Below, piece by piece: positions 46,097-56,228 of a DNA stretch of 64,000 nt. Every line of letters starts with the position of its first letter. The stretch's first letter is position 1. The stretch is taken from the IMG/VR virus record IMGVR_UViG_3300017991_000010, positions 30,029-94,028 of that record. One strand, written 5' to 3'. This stretch comes from a virus. The notes beneath the pieces are model-generated. The model ran no database searches. It saw nothing but the letters and a program-made list of their open reading frames with translations, and was not told the DNA's origin. A program made the position numbers and the translations under genes.

Positions 46097-47842
46097 TTAT
46101 TCCTCCTCCCCGAGGCGGATGAGCTTCCAGCCCTCGGGCGCTTTGCCCTTGTACGATACCGCGCAGACGATCGCCTGGCCAGGCCCTCCGTCGCTCTCGA
46201 CTGCCTTGCGCAGCGTCTTGCACAGCTCGCGCAGGCGCTTGGGGTCGAACCAGACCTCGTCGATCACGATCATGTTGACGTGCTCGTCGCCCAGCAGCGC
46301 GCTGGCGAAGGCCGTGACGAGCAGGGTGCGCTCGGCGCCGCTCAGGGCCCGGAGGTCGCGCGCGGGGTCCTTGCCCGTCTTGAGCGCGATCTGGCAAACG
46401 TCCCTCGAGCCGTCACGCAACTTGATCGAGCAGTTGGTCCCGCGGGGCAGGAAGGCGTTGATGCGCTTCTCGAGGCCCTCCACGCGGCTGTCGAGCAGGT
46501 CGCCCACGATGCGCTTGGCCGTGGCCTGCAGGCTCTCGGCGGTCTGGATGGCCTTCTCGCACGCCACCTTGGTCTCGGCTGCGCGAGCACGCTGCTCGAT
46601 CGCGCCCTGCCGCCGCTCCAGCTCGGCAAGGCGGCCCTGGTCGACGGGCTCGGCCAGCGTAGCCTGGTTGAGCTGCTTGGACAGCGCGTTACGGTCGGCC
46701 TTGAGGGCGCGCAGCCCCGCGGCCTTGCGTTCCTGGCCCTCGATCTGGGCGAGGCTGTCCTGGCTGCGGGCGAGGATGCCGCCGATAGCCCCCGCGCAGT
46801 CCTCCAGGGTCCGGAGCGCTACGCCCTTGGTACCGCAGCACGCGCAGTTAGCCTGCTGCACGCCCGCGTTGGACATGCGCTGCCGAAGCCAGATGTTGAC
46901 GTCGCGCGCTTGCTTGAGCGCCGTCACGGTCGCGTGATCGAGCGCGCCGGGCGGGGGCTGCATGGCTGCGACCTCGGCCGCGAGGACACGGATGTCAGCG
47001 TCGAGGTTGTCACGCCGGGCGCGCATGCTGTTGATCTGCTCCTCGGTCATGCCCGTGCGCGCAGAGGCCGCAGCGAGCGCCTCGAACTCCTCGATCTCGT
47101 CGGGGGAGAGCGGCTCGGGCTCGTCTTCGAGGACCTCCTCGGCGAGCTTCAGCTCCTTGCGCTGGGCTGTCTTGCGCTTCTTGAGCGCTGCCTCGGTCGC
47201 GAGGATCGCGTCGATGTCCCAGAGCACGCCGGGCGTGTCGTCGGTCGCGCCGCACCAGTCGTCCCACAGCTCGGCGGGGATCTTGCCCTTCAGCTCCTCG
47301 GTGGGCAGCTCGGCGCCGAGGCGCGAGAGCAGCGCTGCGCGGATGCGCTTCGGGTCGCCCCGGAGGAGCGCCTGCGCCTCCTCGTTGATGATCGCCGCGA
47401 CGGGCGTGTGTATGGCCGTCTCGCCTTCGCGGTCGGTCAGTTGGCCTAGCCACTCGGCGCGCTTGGCCTTGGCCGTCGTGCCCTCGGCCGTCCAGCGCAG
47501 GACCGTCCCATCGGACAGGTCGACACGCGAGCGCAGCGAGGTGTCCTCGAGCGGCTTGAGCGTCATCAGGTCGATCTCGCGCTTGCCCAGCCCGGCGGAT
47601 CGCGCCGTGCCCGTGAGCGCCAGGGACAGCGAGTCCACAACGCGGCTCTTGCCCGATCGGTTCTCGCCGACGATCAGGGTGCAGGGTTCGAGGTCGTGGT
47701 TGAGCAGCCCCTTGACATTGCTCTCGACGTGCTTCGCAAACGCCTTCTCGGTCTTCTTCTCTTCGGTCACGTTGTCTCTCCTCCTCCGCTTGCGCGGCTT
47801 GGTCTTTGACTCGAGCGGTAGGTCCATCTGTGCGGCGGTCAT
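46097..47842 (-). CDS. Rad50/SbcC-like ABC ATPase
   Basis: GENRSGKS Walker A, coiled coil with CACC hook, LSGAE signature, IVIDE Walker B; alternative GTG start at 47770. Confidence 0.85.
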   Translation of the reverse strand: MTAAQMDLPLESKTKPRKRRRRDNVTEEKKTEKAFAKHVESNVKGLLNHDLEPCTLIVGENRSGKSRVVDSLSLALTGTARSAGLGKREIDLMTLKPLEDTSLRSRVDLSDGTVLRWTAEGTTAKAKRAEWLGQLTDREGETAIHTPVAAIINEEAQALLRGDPKRIRAALLSRLGAELPTEELKGKIPAELWDDWCGATDDTPGVLWDIDAILATEAALKKRKTAQRKELKLAEEVLEDEPEPLSPDEIEEFEALAAASARTGMTEEQINSMRARRDNLDADIRVLAAEVAAMQPPPGALDHATVTALKQARDVNIWLRQRMSNAGVQQANCACCGTKGVALRTLEDCAGAIGGILARSQDSLAQIEGQERKAAGLRALKADRNALSKQLNQATLAEPVDQGRLAELERRQGAIEQRARAAETKVACEKAIQTAESLQATAKRIVGDLLDSRVEGLEKRINAFLPRGTNCSIKLRDGSRDVCQIALKTGKDPARDLRALSGAERTLLVTAFASALLGDEHVNMIVIDEVWFDPKRLRELCKTLRKAVESDGGPGQAIVCAVSYKGKAPEGWKLIRLGEEE

Positions 47843-49115
47843 GACCTTACCTCGTGGAAGCCCGCCTCGCCCTTGTACAGGATCGTCTCTCCATCCTCGG
47901 GGTAGTCCGGATGTACGCCCTTTCGCGCCAGGCCTAGCACCAGCAACGCTTCGTCGCACCCGAGTTGGTAGTAGTCGAAGTCGTACTCGTATATCTCCTC
48001 CCACAACTCGTGCGCCTCTGCTAGGGCGTCGCCTCCGCCGACCTTGGCGAGGTAGGTGAAGAACCGGGCGAACAAGCGCGCTGAAGTTCTATCTGCCATC
48101 GTTTACCTCCTCCTCGAAGTACCTGCAGATCTCCGTGCGACGGCGGTCTCCAGAGTTCAGCGCTGCAAACCAAGGCTCCATGGACGCCGCGGTGTGGACG
48201 CTCTCGTAGATCTTGGCGCGGTCCCCGCCAGTGAGGACGCGGAGAGCCGCCACGAGCATCGAGTGTGCCGAGTCGAGCGGGCTGATCCTGCGGTAGCCCC
48301 AGCTCTCGTGGCGCGCCCTCTCGACCTCGCGCAAGTGTGCCAGAGCGCCTAGGACGCAGCGCGCGCCTTCGAGGCACGTCTCGCAGTCTGCCGGCCCTTG
48401 AGTGAGCCGCGCCAGCTGCTCCTCTAGATCCTCGAGACGCTGCTCAAAGCTCTTGTTGCTCATCCCAGCACCGCCGTCGCATACGCGCCCTTCCAGTCCC
48501 CGTCGGGCAGGACGCTCACGCCCACCATGCGGGAGAAGATGCCTGCGCGCCAGACGTAGCAGCGTGTGCCCTTCTCGAGGGCCGCCTCGGCGATCGTGGT
48601 CTGTCCCTTGGCGAGGAAGTGGCCGTGCTCGTCGGAGCCCTCGATGAAGATCAAGGCCTCGTAGGCCCCGGCCACGTAGCGGTACCCGCCGTTCCAGCCG
48701 CCGTGGTTCGCGCGCAGGCCCTTCCAGTCCAGCTCACCGTCGAGCGTGACCTCGTGGCCTGCGCCCTCGAGCTGGTCCCGTGCGCCGTAGACCGCCTCTT
48801 GCTCTCGCGTCGTCTTGTTCAGCCGTGACAGGATGATGCAGCGTTTCATGAGTCGTCCTCCTTGCGCGAGCGCTCTTCGACCTCGAGAACGGCCTCTCTG
48901 ACCACGCTCTCGTAGCACACGCAGAGCAGGCATTCCTTGACGCGTCGGTAGCCGATCCACTCCCCGCAGCCAGCGAAGGTCCCCTTGCAGTGCTCGGGGT
49001 GCCGAATGCAGCGCTCGCCGCCGCCTGTGCGGTGGTAGATGCACGTGTAACACAGCACGGTCTTGTCGATCCTCGCACGCACCTCGGCCATCTCTTTGGC
49101 GCTAAGCAGCTTCAT
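47839..49115 (-). other. Four small hypothetical genes (47839-48099, 48089-48463, 48460-48849, 48846-49115)
   Basis: Overlapping stop/start codons. Confidence 0.6.
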
Positions 49116-51669
49116 CTAGATCCCTCCAGTTAGGCCCGACACCCAGGTCAGTGGGTAGGGGCATTCCTTCCAAGTGAGACGCCATCAGCTCTTGCACTCT
49201 ACGCCCCACAGTCCATCCCATATCCTCGGGCACCTCGAGCCCAAGGCTGTCGTAGTTGTAGTGGATCACGCCGGTCGACTCGCCCGCGAATCCCCAGGGG
49301 AACTCCGCGATCACGCGCTCGGTTGCGTCGTTGACATCTGCGGCTCCCAGGCTCTGCACGGGGAAGTTGTTTTGAGCCTCTTTGACCGACTCGTCTCCGC
49401 CGCCGTCGAGGAAGTAGCGCCTGCGGTTGTGCAGGGGCTCCTCTAGGTACCCCTGCTCAGCCCACAGGTCCTGGTTTGCCTTCTGGTACACCTTGATCGC
49501 GTTGCGCTGGCGCCAAAAGCGCTTGTACAACGTCTCTATCTGCCCGATGGTCCGGTCTCGATAAGGACGCTGACCAAACTCGTCTCGGTGGTTGCGGATC
49601 ATACGGAAAGCAGTGTTGAGCGCCGCCCCATACTGCACCGCATATACAAAGGCCTTGGTGAACTTGCGCGCCCCTTTGTTGACCCGCTCGATTGGCATCT
49701 CAAGGAGCTTTGACGCATTGAACGTGTGAACGTCGAACTTGTCCTCCTGGAACACACGGATCAGCTCCCAGTCCTGCGCCAGCCAAGCAATGATACGCAA
49801 CTCGAGCTGCTTCTTGTCACAGAAGACCAAGATGTGGCCTGGGGGCGCCGCCCACATGGAGCGCAGATCGCCCTTGACGTTCATGACGTTGGGGTCAGAG
49901 CACGAGAGGCGGCCCGAGACGACGACGTGGGGGTTCCAGTTGGGCCGGACGCGCCCGTCCTCCATCGGGACGATCGAGCAGTAGCCGCGCAGCTTGCTTG
50001 CCTCGCGGTAGTCGATGATCAGCTGGACGGTCTCCTCGAGCTGGGGCGTCAGGCCCTTGTCAACGAGGTAGAGCAGGTTGTCCTTGCTCACGCTGGGCTC
50101 GCCCGTGTCGGTGTAGCCGCCCTCCTTGCCGGGGACGGGAGCGACGCCGCAGACCTCGAACATGAACGCACCGACCTGCTGCGGGCTGTTGGGGTTGAGC
50201 CCCTCGGCCAGCTTGCGCGCGCCCTTGCTCGCGTCCGAGGGCAACGCCTGGACCGCCATGGCCTGCGCCGCGACGCGCGCCTCGTCCATGCGCTCGGTGA
50301 AGACCTTGTAGTGGCGCTTCATCTCGGGGACGTCGAGCCACATGCCGACCTCGTGCAGCTCGCGACAGAAGCGAGACAGGCGCATGTCGGCCTCGAAGGC
50401 GCGCTTCTGCCCCCAGAGGCGCACGTCCTTGACCATGAGGTCGCCCACGCGCGATGTTCCCGCGCAGTCGAGCATGCAGTATTTGGCGATGTCCTCGTCC
50501 GACGCCCACTTGTCGTGGTCGACGTTCTTGTGCTGTGGGCTGTCGGTGTACTGGGCCATGACGAAGCCCAGGTTGTGGGGCAGCTCGCTCCAGATCACGT
50601 GGTGCGAGATCACGGTGTCGAACTCGCGGCGCAGGACCGGGATGTCGGGGCACTGGTGCCGCATGACGAGCGCGTCGTACTGGACGTTGTGAGCCATGAT
50701 GGCCTGGTCGGGGGCACCAAAGAACTCGCGCAGCAGCGCACGCACTCGCGCCTGGTCCTCGGGCGAGTAGAACGCGCTCATGCCGAAGGGCTTCTTGCGA
50801 TCGACGACGGACTCGAAGTGCACGCAGGTGGCGAGGTCCTTGTCACTGATGCCGATGCAGCGCAGCACGTCCGTTGTGGGGTCGAAGGGGTGGTCGGGGC
50901 TCTTGGGCCGGGTCTCGACGTCGTAGGTGATGGGGCTCCTGAGACGCGCCAGGATGTCGCGCAGCTGGTCCACGGTGGGATTGAACACCATGTCGGGATC
51001 GCGCCACTGGAGCCGGCCTCGCGCCATCCTGACAGCCTTGTCGAGGTCGCCCTCGTAGATGGTCGTCCAGCGCCTGGAGCGCAGAACGAAGGCCGGGTGC
51101 ACCGACGAGAGGAGGTTGTACTCGCGCCCGTCGATCACCTTACGATCAGGGAAGCCCCGCGACGCCATCATGGACTTCTCGGAGCCCTCCTTGCTCTCGA
51201 GTAGGACCTGGCGCGCGGTCGCGCCGAGCAGGAGCAAGTTGTCGTGCCCCTTGATCTCCTCGAAGAGGTGTGCCGAGCAGCAGGCGATGGGCGAGGGAAG
51301 GGGCTCTTCGCCCTTGGCCTTGCGGCGCTTGTTGCGCTTGGACCAGCCCGCCATGAGCTTCTTCAGGTCGTTGCCGGGCGGCCGGCACAACAGCGCGTTG
51401 GTCAGGGAGGTGCGCTCACGCGACGACCCTGCCTTGAGCAGCGCGCGGCTGTGCTCACGGCCCGACGACCCCACGAGGGGCCGGCGTAGCTCCTCCTCGG
51501 TATGGCCCGGGGCCTCGGCTATCACGAGCAGCTCAGCGCCTTGCCTGATCTCCGGCGGCACGTACTTGTTTTGCCTCCGCACTGGATACAGGATGCACTC
51601 GCTGCAGCGACAGCCGTGGTCCTCGGGCACATACCGGCTGGTGTCGTTGATGGTGTTGTACGCCGTCAC
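49102..51669 (-). CDS. polA: Family A DNA polymerase with N-terminal family-4 uracil-DNA glycosylase and 3'-5' exonuclease domains
   Basis: UDG: CxxC, EAPG, TNALLCRPP, HPA. Exonuclease: DVET, HN..YD, Y...D. Polymerase: SGRLS, DKKQLELR, RKFTKAFVYAVQYG, NFPVQS. Confidence 0.93.
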   Translation of the reverse strand: MTAYNTINDTSRYVPEDHGCRCSECILYPVRRQNKYVPPEIRQGAELLVIAEAPGHTEEELRRPLVGSSGREHSRALLKAGSSRERTSLTNALLCRPPGNDLKKLMAGWSKRNKRRKAKGEEPLPSPIACCSAHLFEEIKGHDNLLLLGATARQVLLESKEGSEKSMMASRGFPDRKVIDGREYNLLSSVHPAFVLRSRRWTTIYEGDLDKAVRMARGRLQWRDPDMVFNPTVDQLRDILARLRSPITYDVETRPKSPDHPFDPTTDVLRCIGISDKDLATCVHFESVVDRKKPFGMSAFYSPEDQARVRALLREFFGAPDQAIMAHNVQYDALVMRHQCPDIPVLRREFDTVISHHVIWSELPHNLGFVMAQYTDSPQHKNVDHDKWASDEDIAKYCMLDCAGTSRVGDLMVKDVRLWGQKRAFEADMRLSRFCRELHEVGMWLDVPEMKRHYKVFTERMDEARVAAQAMAVQALPSDASKGARKLAEGLNPNSPQQVGAFMFEVCGVAPVPGKEGGYTDTGEPSVSKDNLLYLVDKGLTPQLEETVQLIIDYREASKLRGYCSIVPMEDGRVRPNWNPHVVVSGRLSCSDPNVMNVKGDLRSMWAAPPGHILVFCDKKQLELRIIAWLAQDWELIRVFQEDKFDVHTFNASKLLEMPIERVNKGARKFTKAFVYAVQYGAALNTAFRMIRNHRDEFGQRPYRDRTIGQIETLYKRFWRQRNAIKVYQKANQDLWAEQGYLEEPLHNRRRYFLDGGGDESVKEAQNNFPVQSLGAADVNDATERVIAEFPWGFAGESTGVIHYNYDSLGLEVPEDMGWTVGRRVQELMASHLEGMPLPTDLGVGPNWRDLDEAA

Positions 51670-51691
51670 GGTCCCTCACGTGAAGGGGGAA

Positions 51692-51733
51692 CGGCAGACC
51701 GAGAGCCCCGGGCACGACACCCTCGGTCTGCCG
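51692..51733. terminator. Perfect 12-bp inverted repeat between the SSB and polA genes
   Basis: cggcagaccgag...ctcggtctgccg. Confidence 0.55.
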
Positions 51734-51744
51734 GACCCAGCTAG

Positions 51745-52428
51745 CTACACGGCGAAGCCGCCGCCCCCGGTGGGCTGGGACTGCGTCTGGCCGCCGCCCG
51801 TGCCGAGGAAGTTGTCGACGTCACCGTTGACCCCCGCTGCCCCGTTGTCGGGGGCTGCGTTCTGGTCACCGCCGCCCATCATCTCGGGGGCCTCGCCCTG
51901 GGGCGCAGGCTCGCTCCAGACGGTCACGCAGGTGGGGCCAGCGTCCTTGGCGTACTCCTCGGCGTCCATGAAGTAGGCGACGCGGGAGGACTGGCGGTCG
52001 GACGAGTCGTCATCGACGATGAAGGCACACAGCTCCTTGCCCTCGAGCTTGGAGGGGGTGACGTCGATCCGGCCTGCGGCGCGGGCGTCTTCGAGGCGCC
52101 CCTCGGCGCTCATGATCGAGGCGAAGAAGTTGGCGAAGTTGCGCTGCGCCTTGGCGAGGTCGTCGCCGGTCTTCTCGTTGTCGGGCACGGTCTGGTAGTG
52201 CACGATCTTGGTGCCCAGGGCGTCGCAGCCGGGGGGGCCAACGATCTTCATGGACGTCTTGAGCGTGAGCTTGTTCTTGCGGTACCACTCCGCCTTGCTG
52301 ATCTTGAGGCGGTAGTTGCCCTCGTCGCAGAAGCCGGAGGTGTCGCCCCCGAACTTCTGCCCCTCCATGTCGACGGTGACCGCCGTCCCCTGGTCGCCCG
52401 ACTGGACCTTTGCCAAATGCTCGTTCAT
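51745..52428 (-). CDS. Putative ssDNA-binding protein
   Basis: EGNYRLKISKAE OB-fold-type start; acidic/Gly tail ending in an aromatic residue; replication context. Confidence 0.6.
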   Translation of the reverse strand: MNEHLAKVQSGDQGTAVTVDMEGQKFGGDTSGFCDEGNYRLKISKAEWYRKNKLTLKTSMKIVGPPGCDALGTKIVHYQTVPDNEKTGDDLAKAQRNFANFFASIMSAEGRLEDARAAGRIDVTPSKLEGKELCAFIVDDDSSDRQSSRVAYFMDAEEYAKDAGPTCVTVWSEPAPQGEAPEMMGGGDQNAAPDNGAAGVNGDVDNFLGTGGGQTQSQPTGGGGFAV

Positions 52429-52467
52429 CTCTTCTCTTCCCTTTCCCCGCGCCCTCGCGCGGATTGT

Positions 52468-52914
52468 TCATTTACTTGCAGGCGCGTCCACGTACACGCT
52501 CTTGGGCGTGTACGGGAACTCGATGTAGACGCGACTGTCGCGGTTCGTGAAGCAAGCCCCCGACGGCTCACGGAAGATCCTCCCCTCGCTGTCATAGGCC
52601 CGCCCGTTGGACTCCTTGAAAACGTGGGGGCACCGCTTGTTCTGCCACTTCGGCTTGCACTTCGCGCTCCCGACCTCCGTCCACTCCTCGTCTGCGCCAG
52701 TCAAGGGCGTCACGGGCTCCCAGCGCGCCACCTTGTTGAAGATGGACAGGATTATCGGAGCTGACGCCCCCGAGTGCCCCTGCTTCTCGAACACGTCGAT
52801 CAGCTCGAGGACGTTCTCTGCGGCCCACTTGTTGGGCCCCTCCTCGGGGTCGTCGACGCGGCTGCCGATCAGCTCCAGCTCCCTCTCCGCGAACTTCCTA
52901 AAGCTGCTGCTCAT
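52468..52914 (-). CDS. Conserved phage hypothetical protein
   Basis: QGHSGASA, PLTGADEEW, QNKRC..VFK. Confidence 0.7.
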   Translation of the reverse strand: MSSSFRKFAERELELIGSRVDDPEEGPNKWAAENVLELIDVFEKQGHSGASAPIILSIFNKVARWEPVTPLTGADEEWTEVGSAKCKPKWQNKRCPHVFKESNGRAYDSEGRIFREPSGACFTNRDSRVYIEFPYTPKSVYVDAPASK

Positions 52915-53309
52915 GATCCTGATCCTCCCTTGCAGTCGCCGCCCGCGCATCCGTCGCCCGAGCCGCAGCAGTCCTTGGCGCCACCCTTGCGGTGCTTCTC
53001 GTTCCATTTCACACGGAAGTTCATGCACGTGAAGCAGTTGGGCCAGTCCCCCGTCTGGTGGAGCGTCTTCGTCTTGTGATCGATGTGCCACTCACGCCCG
53101 CACTGGGTGCAGTGTCCTGATTCGAGGTTGCACTTCGATTTGCAGGTGCTACTTTCCATCGCTGCCGTCTCCTCGGTCTGGGGCGTCCCTAGGTTAGCAA
53201 GGGAGTCGCACTCTGGACACACGCCTCCCGGCTCGGGCAGCATGCCCATGTAGAAGCGCTTCCCGCATGAGGGACAGTCGAACGGTGCGCCATACCTGAT
53301 CCTTGGCAT
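52911..53309 (-). CDS. Cys-rich hypothetical protein
   Basis: Multiple CxxC motifs. Confidence 0.55.
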   Translation of the reverse strand: MPRIRYGAPFDCPSCGKRFYMGMLPEPGGVCPECDSLANLGTPQTEETAAMESSTCKSKCNLESGHCTQCGREWHIDHKTKTLHQTGDWPNCFTCMNFRVKWNEKHRKGGAKDCCGSGDGCAGGDCKGGSGS

Positions 53310-53929
53310 CAGCCCAGCCTCCTCTCCTCGCGCGGCACCGACTCGAGGATCTGCAGCTGTCCGCCCCAAGCGAGAGTGCCCCAGTGGAACCAAGCGTATT
53401 CCTGCATGTCAGTCCGCCCGTTGATCGTGAACGACGGCCGGTTGGGCAGCACGTGCGCGTCCGGCGGGTTCGCCCGCAGCCACTCGTTGCGCTTGTGCGA
53501 CGCCAACCAGTTGAGCCTCATGAGCAGGTACACGTCGTCGGCGACCTCGAGCCCGCGTTGCGCGAAGGCGAGGCCCAACGAGAAGGGCGGGTTGGTTACC
53601 ATGTTGTCGTGTCCATCGATCGCGGACGGCTTCGTGAAGTCGAAGACGTGCTGGGCTGCGTTGGTCCTGCGGATGTCGATCGTGGTCCACTGGCAGAACC
53701 CATCCCCTTGCATCTCGTCGATCGTGTGGACGATCGCGCCGTCGCCAACCGCAGGCTCGAGGCACTTGCCACTGATGGCCGGCGCGACCTCTCGCACGAA
53801 CTGCCGAACGACCCAGCACGGCGTCGAGTACACCTCGTAGAAGCAGGTGTCGCAGAGCATCTTCTTGCCCCGCGGTTGGAGCCGCCGCGGAGGGTTGACG
53901 ATCCGCTTGCACTTGTCGCAGACGTTCAT
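53309..53929 (-). CDS. DNA amino-methyltransferase (N6-adenine type)
   Basis: LEPAVGDGAI (motif I) and TNPPFS (motif IV). Confidence 0.88.
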   Translation of the reverse strand: MNVCDKCKRIVNPPRRLQPRGKKMLCDTCFYEVYSTPCWVVRQFVREVAPAISGKCLEPAVGDGAIVHTIDEMQGDGFCQWTTIDIRRTNAAQHVFDFTKPSAIDGHDNMVTNPPFSLGLAFAQRGLEVADDVYLLMRLNWLASHKRNEWLRANPPDAHVLPNRPSFTINGRTDMQEYAWFHWGTLAWGGQLQILESVPREERRLG

Positions 53930-55026
53930 CAGAACCCCACAGCCCGCACGGTCTTGCGCTCTACCCTCTCGCCGTCGCCATCGGCCAGCGCGTACACGTC
54001 AGCCAGCGAAGTGGGCCGGGTGAACTCGTGCTCCTTGCTCGTCAGCCGCTTGTACACGGCCGCAGCGTGCACCGGCTCGAGGTCGTCGATCTGGATGTGG
54101 CGGAAGGTCCGCCCCTTGCGCAGCACGGCGCGGTCGATCTTCTCGAGGGGCGCGTTGGTCGTGGCAATCAGGCGCGCGTCGAGCGACGAGCCAATGAGGC
54201 CGTCTGCCAGGTTGAGGATCGCGCTGATCGCGCCGAGGTCCCCGCTCTCACGTGGGACGAGACATCGGTCAGCGTCCTCGAGCACGAGTACGATCTGATC
54301 GTCCCCGTAGGACTCCTGGAGCAGCACCGGCAGCAGGGTAGGCCCGCTGATCTCCTCCACGAGCGCCGCCGGGATCACGATGAACCGCGCCTTCTCGGCT
54401 GCCTTGATCAGGCTGCGGATCATGAAGGTCTTGCCCGTGCCGGGCGGCCCCTCGATGATGGTCAGCTGGCCGCGGTCTTGGTGCGCGCCGCCAGTCCACT
54501 CGAGGATGTCCTTGTAGGCAACCTGAGCGTCCTTCGTGTAGTTGTCGGGCTCGAGGTCGCAGAACTCGCCTCGGGGCATCGGAGAGACGTCCAGCCCTTG
54601 CTTCGTGGCAACCAGCGCATAGACCTTCGTCTTGGCCTTCTTGGTCGCCTTCTCCGTGCACATCGACGCGATCCGATCAGCCGTGGCTTGGTCGAACGTC
54701 GTCAAGAGGACGTTGCACGACAGGCTCATGGGCCCAGGCTTCTTCGGTTTGAACACCGTCAGCACGCTCTGCGCGTTCGCGAACCCGCGCCAAACGCCCG
54801 CAGGGCCCTCTTTGCGGTAGAACAGCTTGAAGTAGTGGGGCAGCCACTCCAGAAGGGGCTCCACGTCCTCCACGGCCCACTTGTGCAACAAGCACGGGCG
54901 GCCAGTAGAGACGGCTCGCGCACAAAGGGCATCCTCGAAAGGAGCCTCTTCGTCCCAGCCTTGCATGAGCTGGCCATCCGTCAGGCCGTCGATGACGAAG
55001 TGCTCGATCTCCTCGATAGGTCTCAT
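53929..55026 (-). CDS. AAA+ ATPase
   Basis: GPPGTGKT, LVLEDAD, ILNLADG, ATTN, DRAVLRKGR. Confidence 0.88.
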   Translation of the reverse strand: MRPIEEIEHFVIDGLTDGQLMQGWDEEAPFEDALCARAVSTGRPCLLHKWAVEDVEPLLEWLPHYFKLFYRKEGPAGVWRGFANAQSVLTVFKPKKPGPMSLSCNVLLTTFDQATADRIASMCTEKATKKAKTKVYALVATKQGLDVSPMPRGEFCDLEPDNYTKDAQVAYKDILEWTGGAHQDRGQLTIIEGPPGTGKTFMIRSLIKAAEKARFIVIPAALVEEISGPTLLPVLLQESYGDDQIVLVLEDADRCLVPRESGDLGAISAILNLADGLIGSSLDARLIATTNAPLEKIDRAVLRKGRTFRHIQIDDLEPVHAAAVYKRLTSKEHEFTRPTSLADVYALADGDGERVERKTVRAVGF

Positions 55027-55251
55027 CTCTCCCTCCCGTACGTGTTCCTGTACTCGATGCGTGCGCCGCTCGGGGCCGTGCACCAGCACTGGCCTGAACT
55101 GCCCCGCGCCGAGTACCTCAGGCACTCGTGCGCCCTGCCGACGACCTCGCACTGCTGTGTGTGGCGTCCGTGCCTTGCGCCGCTGCAGACGAAAGGGCTA
55201 CCCACCAGCGACCCCACCCAGAGCAGCAGGCCCGCGAAGACCAGTACCACC
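55023..55251 (-). CDS. Small membrane/secreted protein (start uncertain)
   Basis: Hydrophobic segment followed by a Cys-rich part. Confidence 0.4.
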
Positions 55252-55279
55252 ACGAACACGACAACGTCCCCTGACGATC

Positions 55280-56014
55280 TCACAACAAACCTCCCCCTCC
55301 GCTGTTCTCCGCCATGCGGATCGGCTTCGGCGCGAACTCCGGCATCGGCTTGTCGCCTGCCATGATGCGCCAGAGGATCGGGCGCAGGTCGAGCGGCTGC
55401 TCCTTGGCAGCGGCGCCGTAGCGGCACTTCTGAATCCACATGGCGTCGGTCCCGTCACACTGGTAGACGCGCTTGCCGTTGACCACGGCCGCGCGGTAGA
55501 CCGCAGAGAACTTGCCTGCAATGGGCTGACGTAACTTGCGCCACCCGCACGCCGGGCCGCCCCGGAAGAAGCCGTCCGAGGTGGACTCGCTCTCCTCCTC
55601 GTGCCAGAGGGTCACGATCCAGATGGGCAGGGCGAGGAGCTTGTCCATCGTGCGTCGCAACTGGGTCGCAAACTTGGTGTAGCCCTGCCTCGAATCGCCC
55701 GCCTTGGACACGGCCGTCATGAGCAGGCCCTCGGCCCACGCGGTGCCAGAGTCGAGGATCAGGGAGGTGATCTCGCCCGTCTGCACGCGCGGGGTGATCT
55801 GCTTGTTGATCGTGTCGAGCATGGCCCGGTAGGGGTCGTCCGGCGCAATCAGCTCAAAGTGCTTGGGCTCGCGCCCCAGGTTTGCTGAGACGGAGTCGAG
55901 AGCGCCGCGCTCGGTGACGATGCCCCAGGCGCGCTCGAAACAGTGGAACGCATCCAGCGTCTTGCCGATGCCCGTGCGCCCGTAGATCAGGATCGTCCCT
56001 CCTCGACGTGTCAT
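55280..56014 (-). CDS. Sak4/AAA_24-like recombination ATPase
   Basis: ILIYGRTGIGKT, LILDS, TLWHE. Confidence 0.75.
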   Translation of the reverse strand: MTRRGGTILIYGRTGIGKTLDAFHCFERAWGIVTERGALDSVSANLGREPKHFELIAPDDPYRAMLDTINKQITPRVQTGEITSLILDSGTAWAEGLLMTAVSKAGDSRQGYTKFATQLRRTMDKLLALPIWIVTLWHEEESESTSDGFFRGGPACGWRKLRQPIAGKFSAVYRAAVVNGKRVYQCDGTDAMWIQKCRYGAAAKEQPLDLRPILWRIMAGDKPMPEFAPKPIRMAENSGGGGLL

Positions 56015-56228
56015 CTCTCCTCCGTTTCCCTCACGCGCTCCCAGTCTGAGCTGACCGCTAGATGCACCACAAGCCCGCAGCGGCAGCGTGCCCGGATGAG
56101 GTCTGCGGCAGAGCAATCGGCGAAGTCCCACTGCCGGCTGCCGCAAAAGGGACAGTCCTCGCAGAAACCGTGCGCCGCCATCCACCGCAGCCACAACTCG
56201 CCCCACTCGCAGGCCGGTCGCAAGGACT

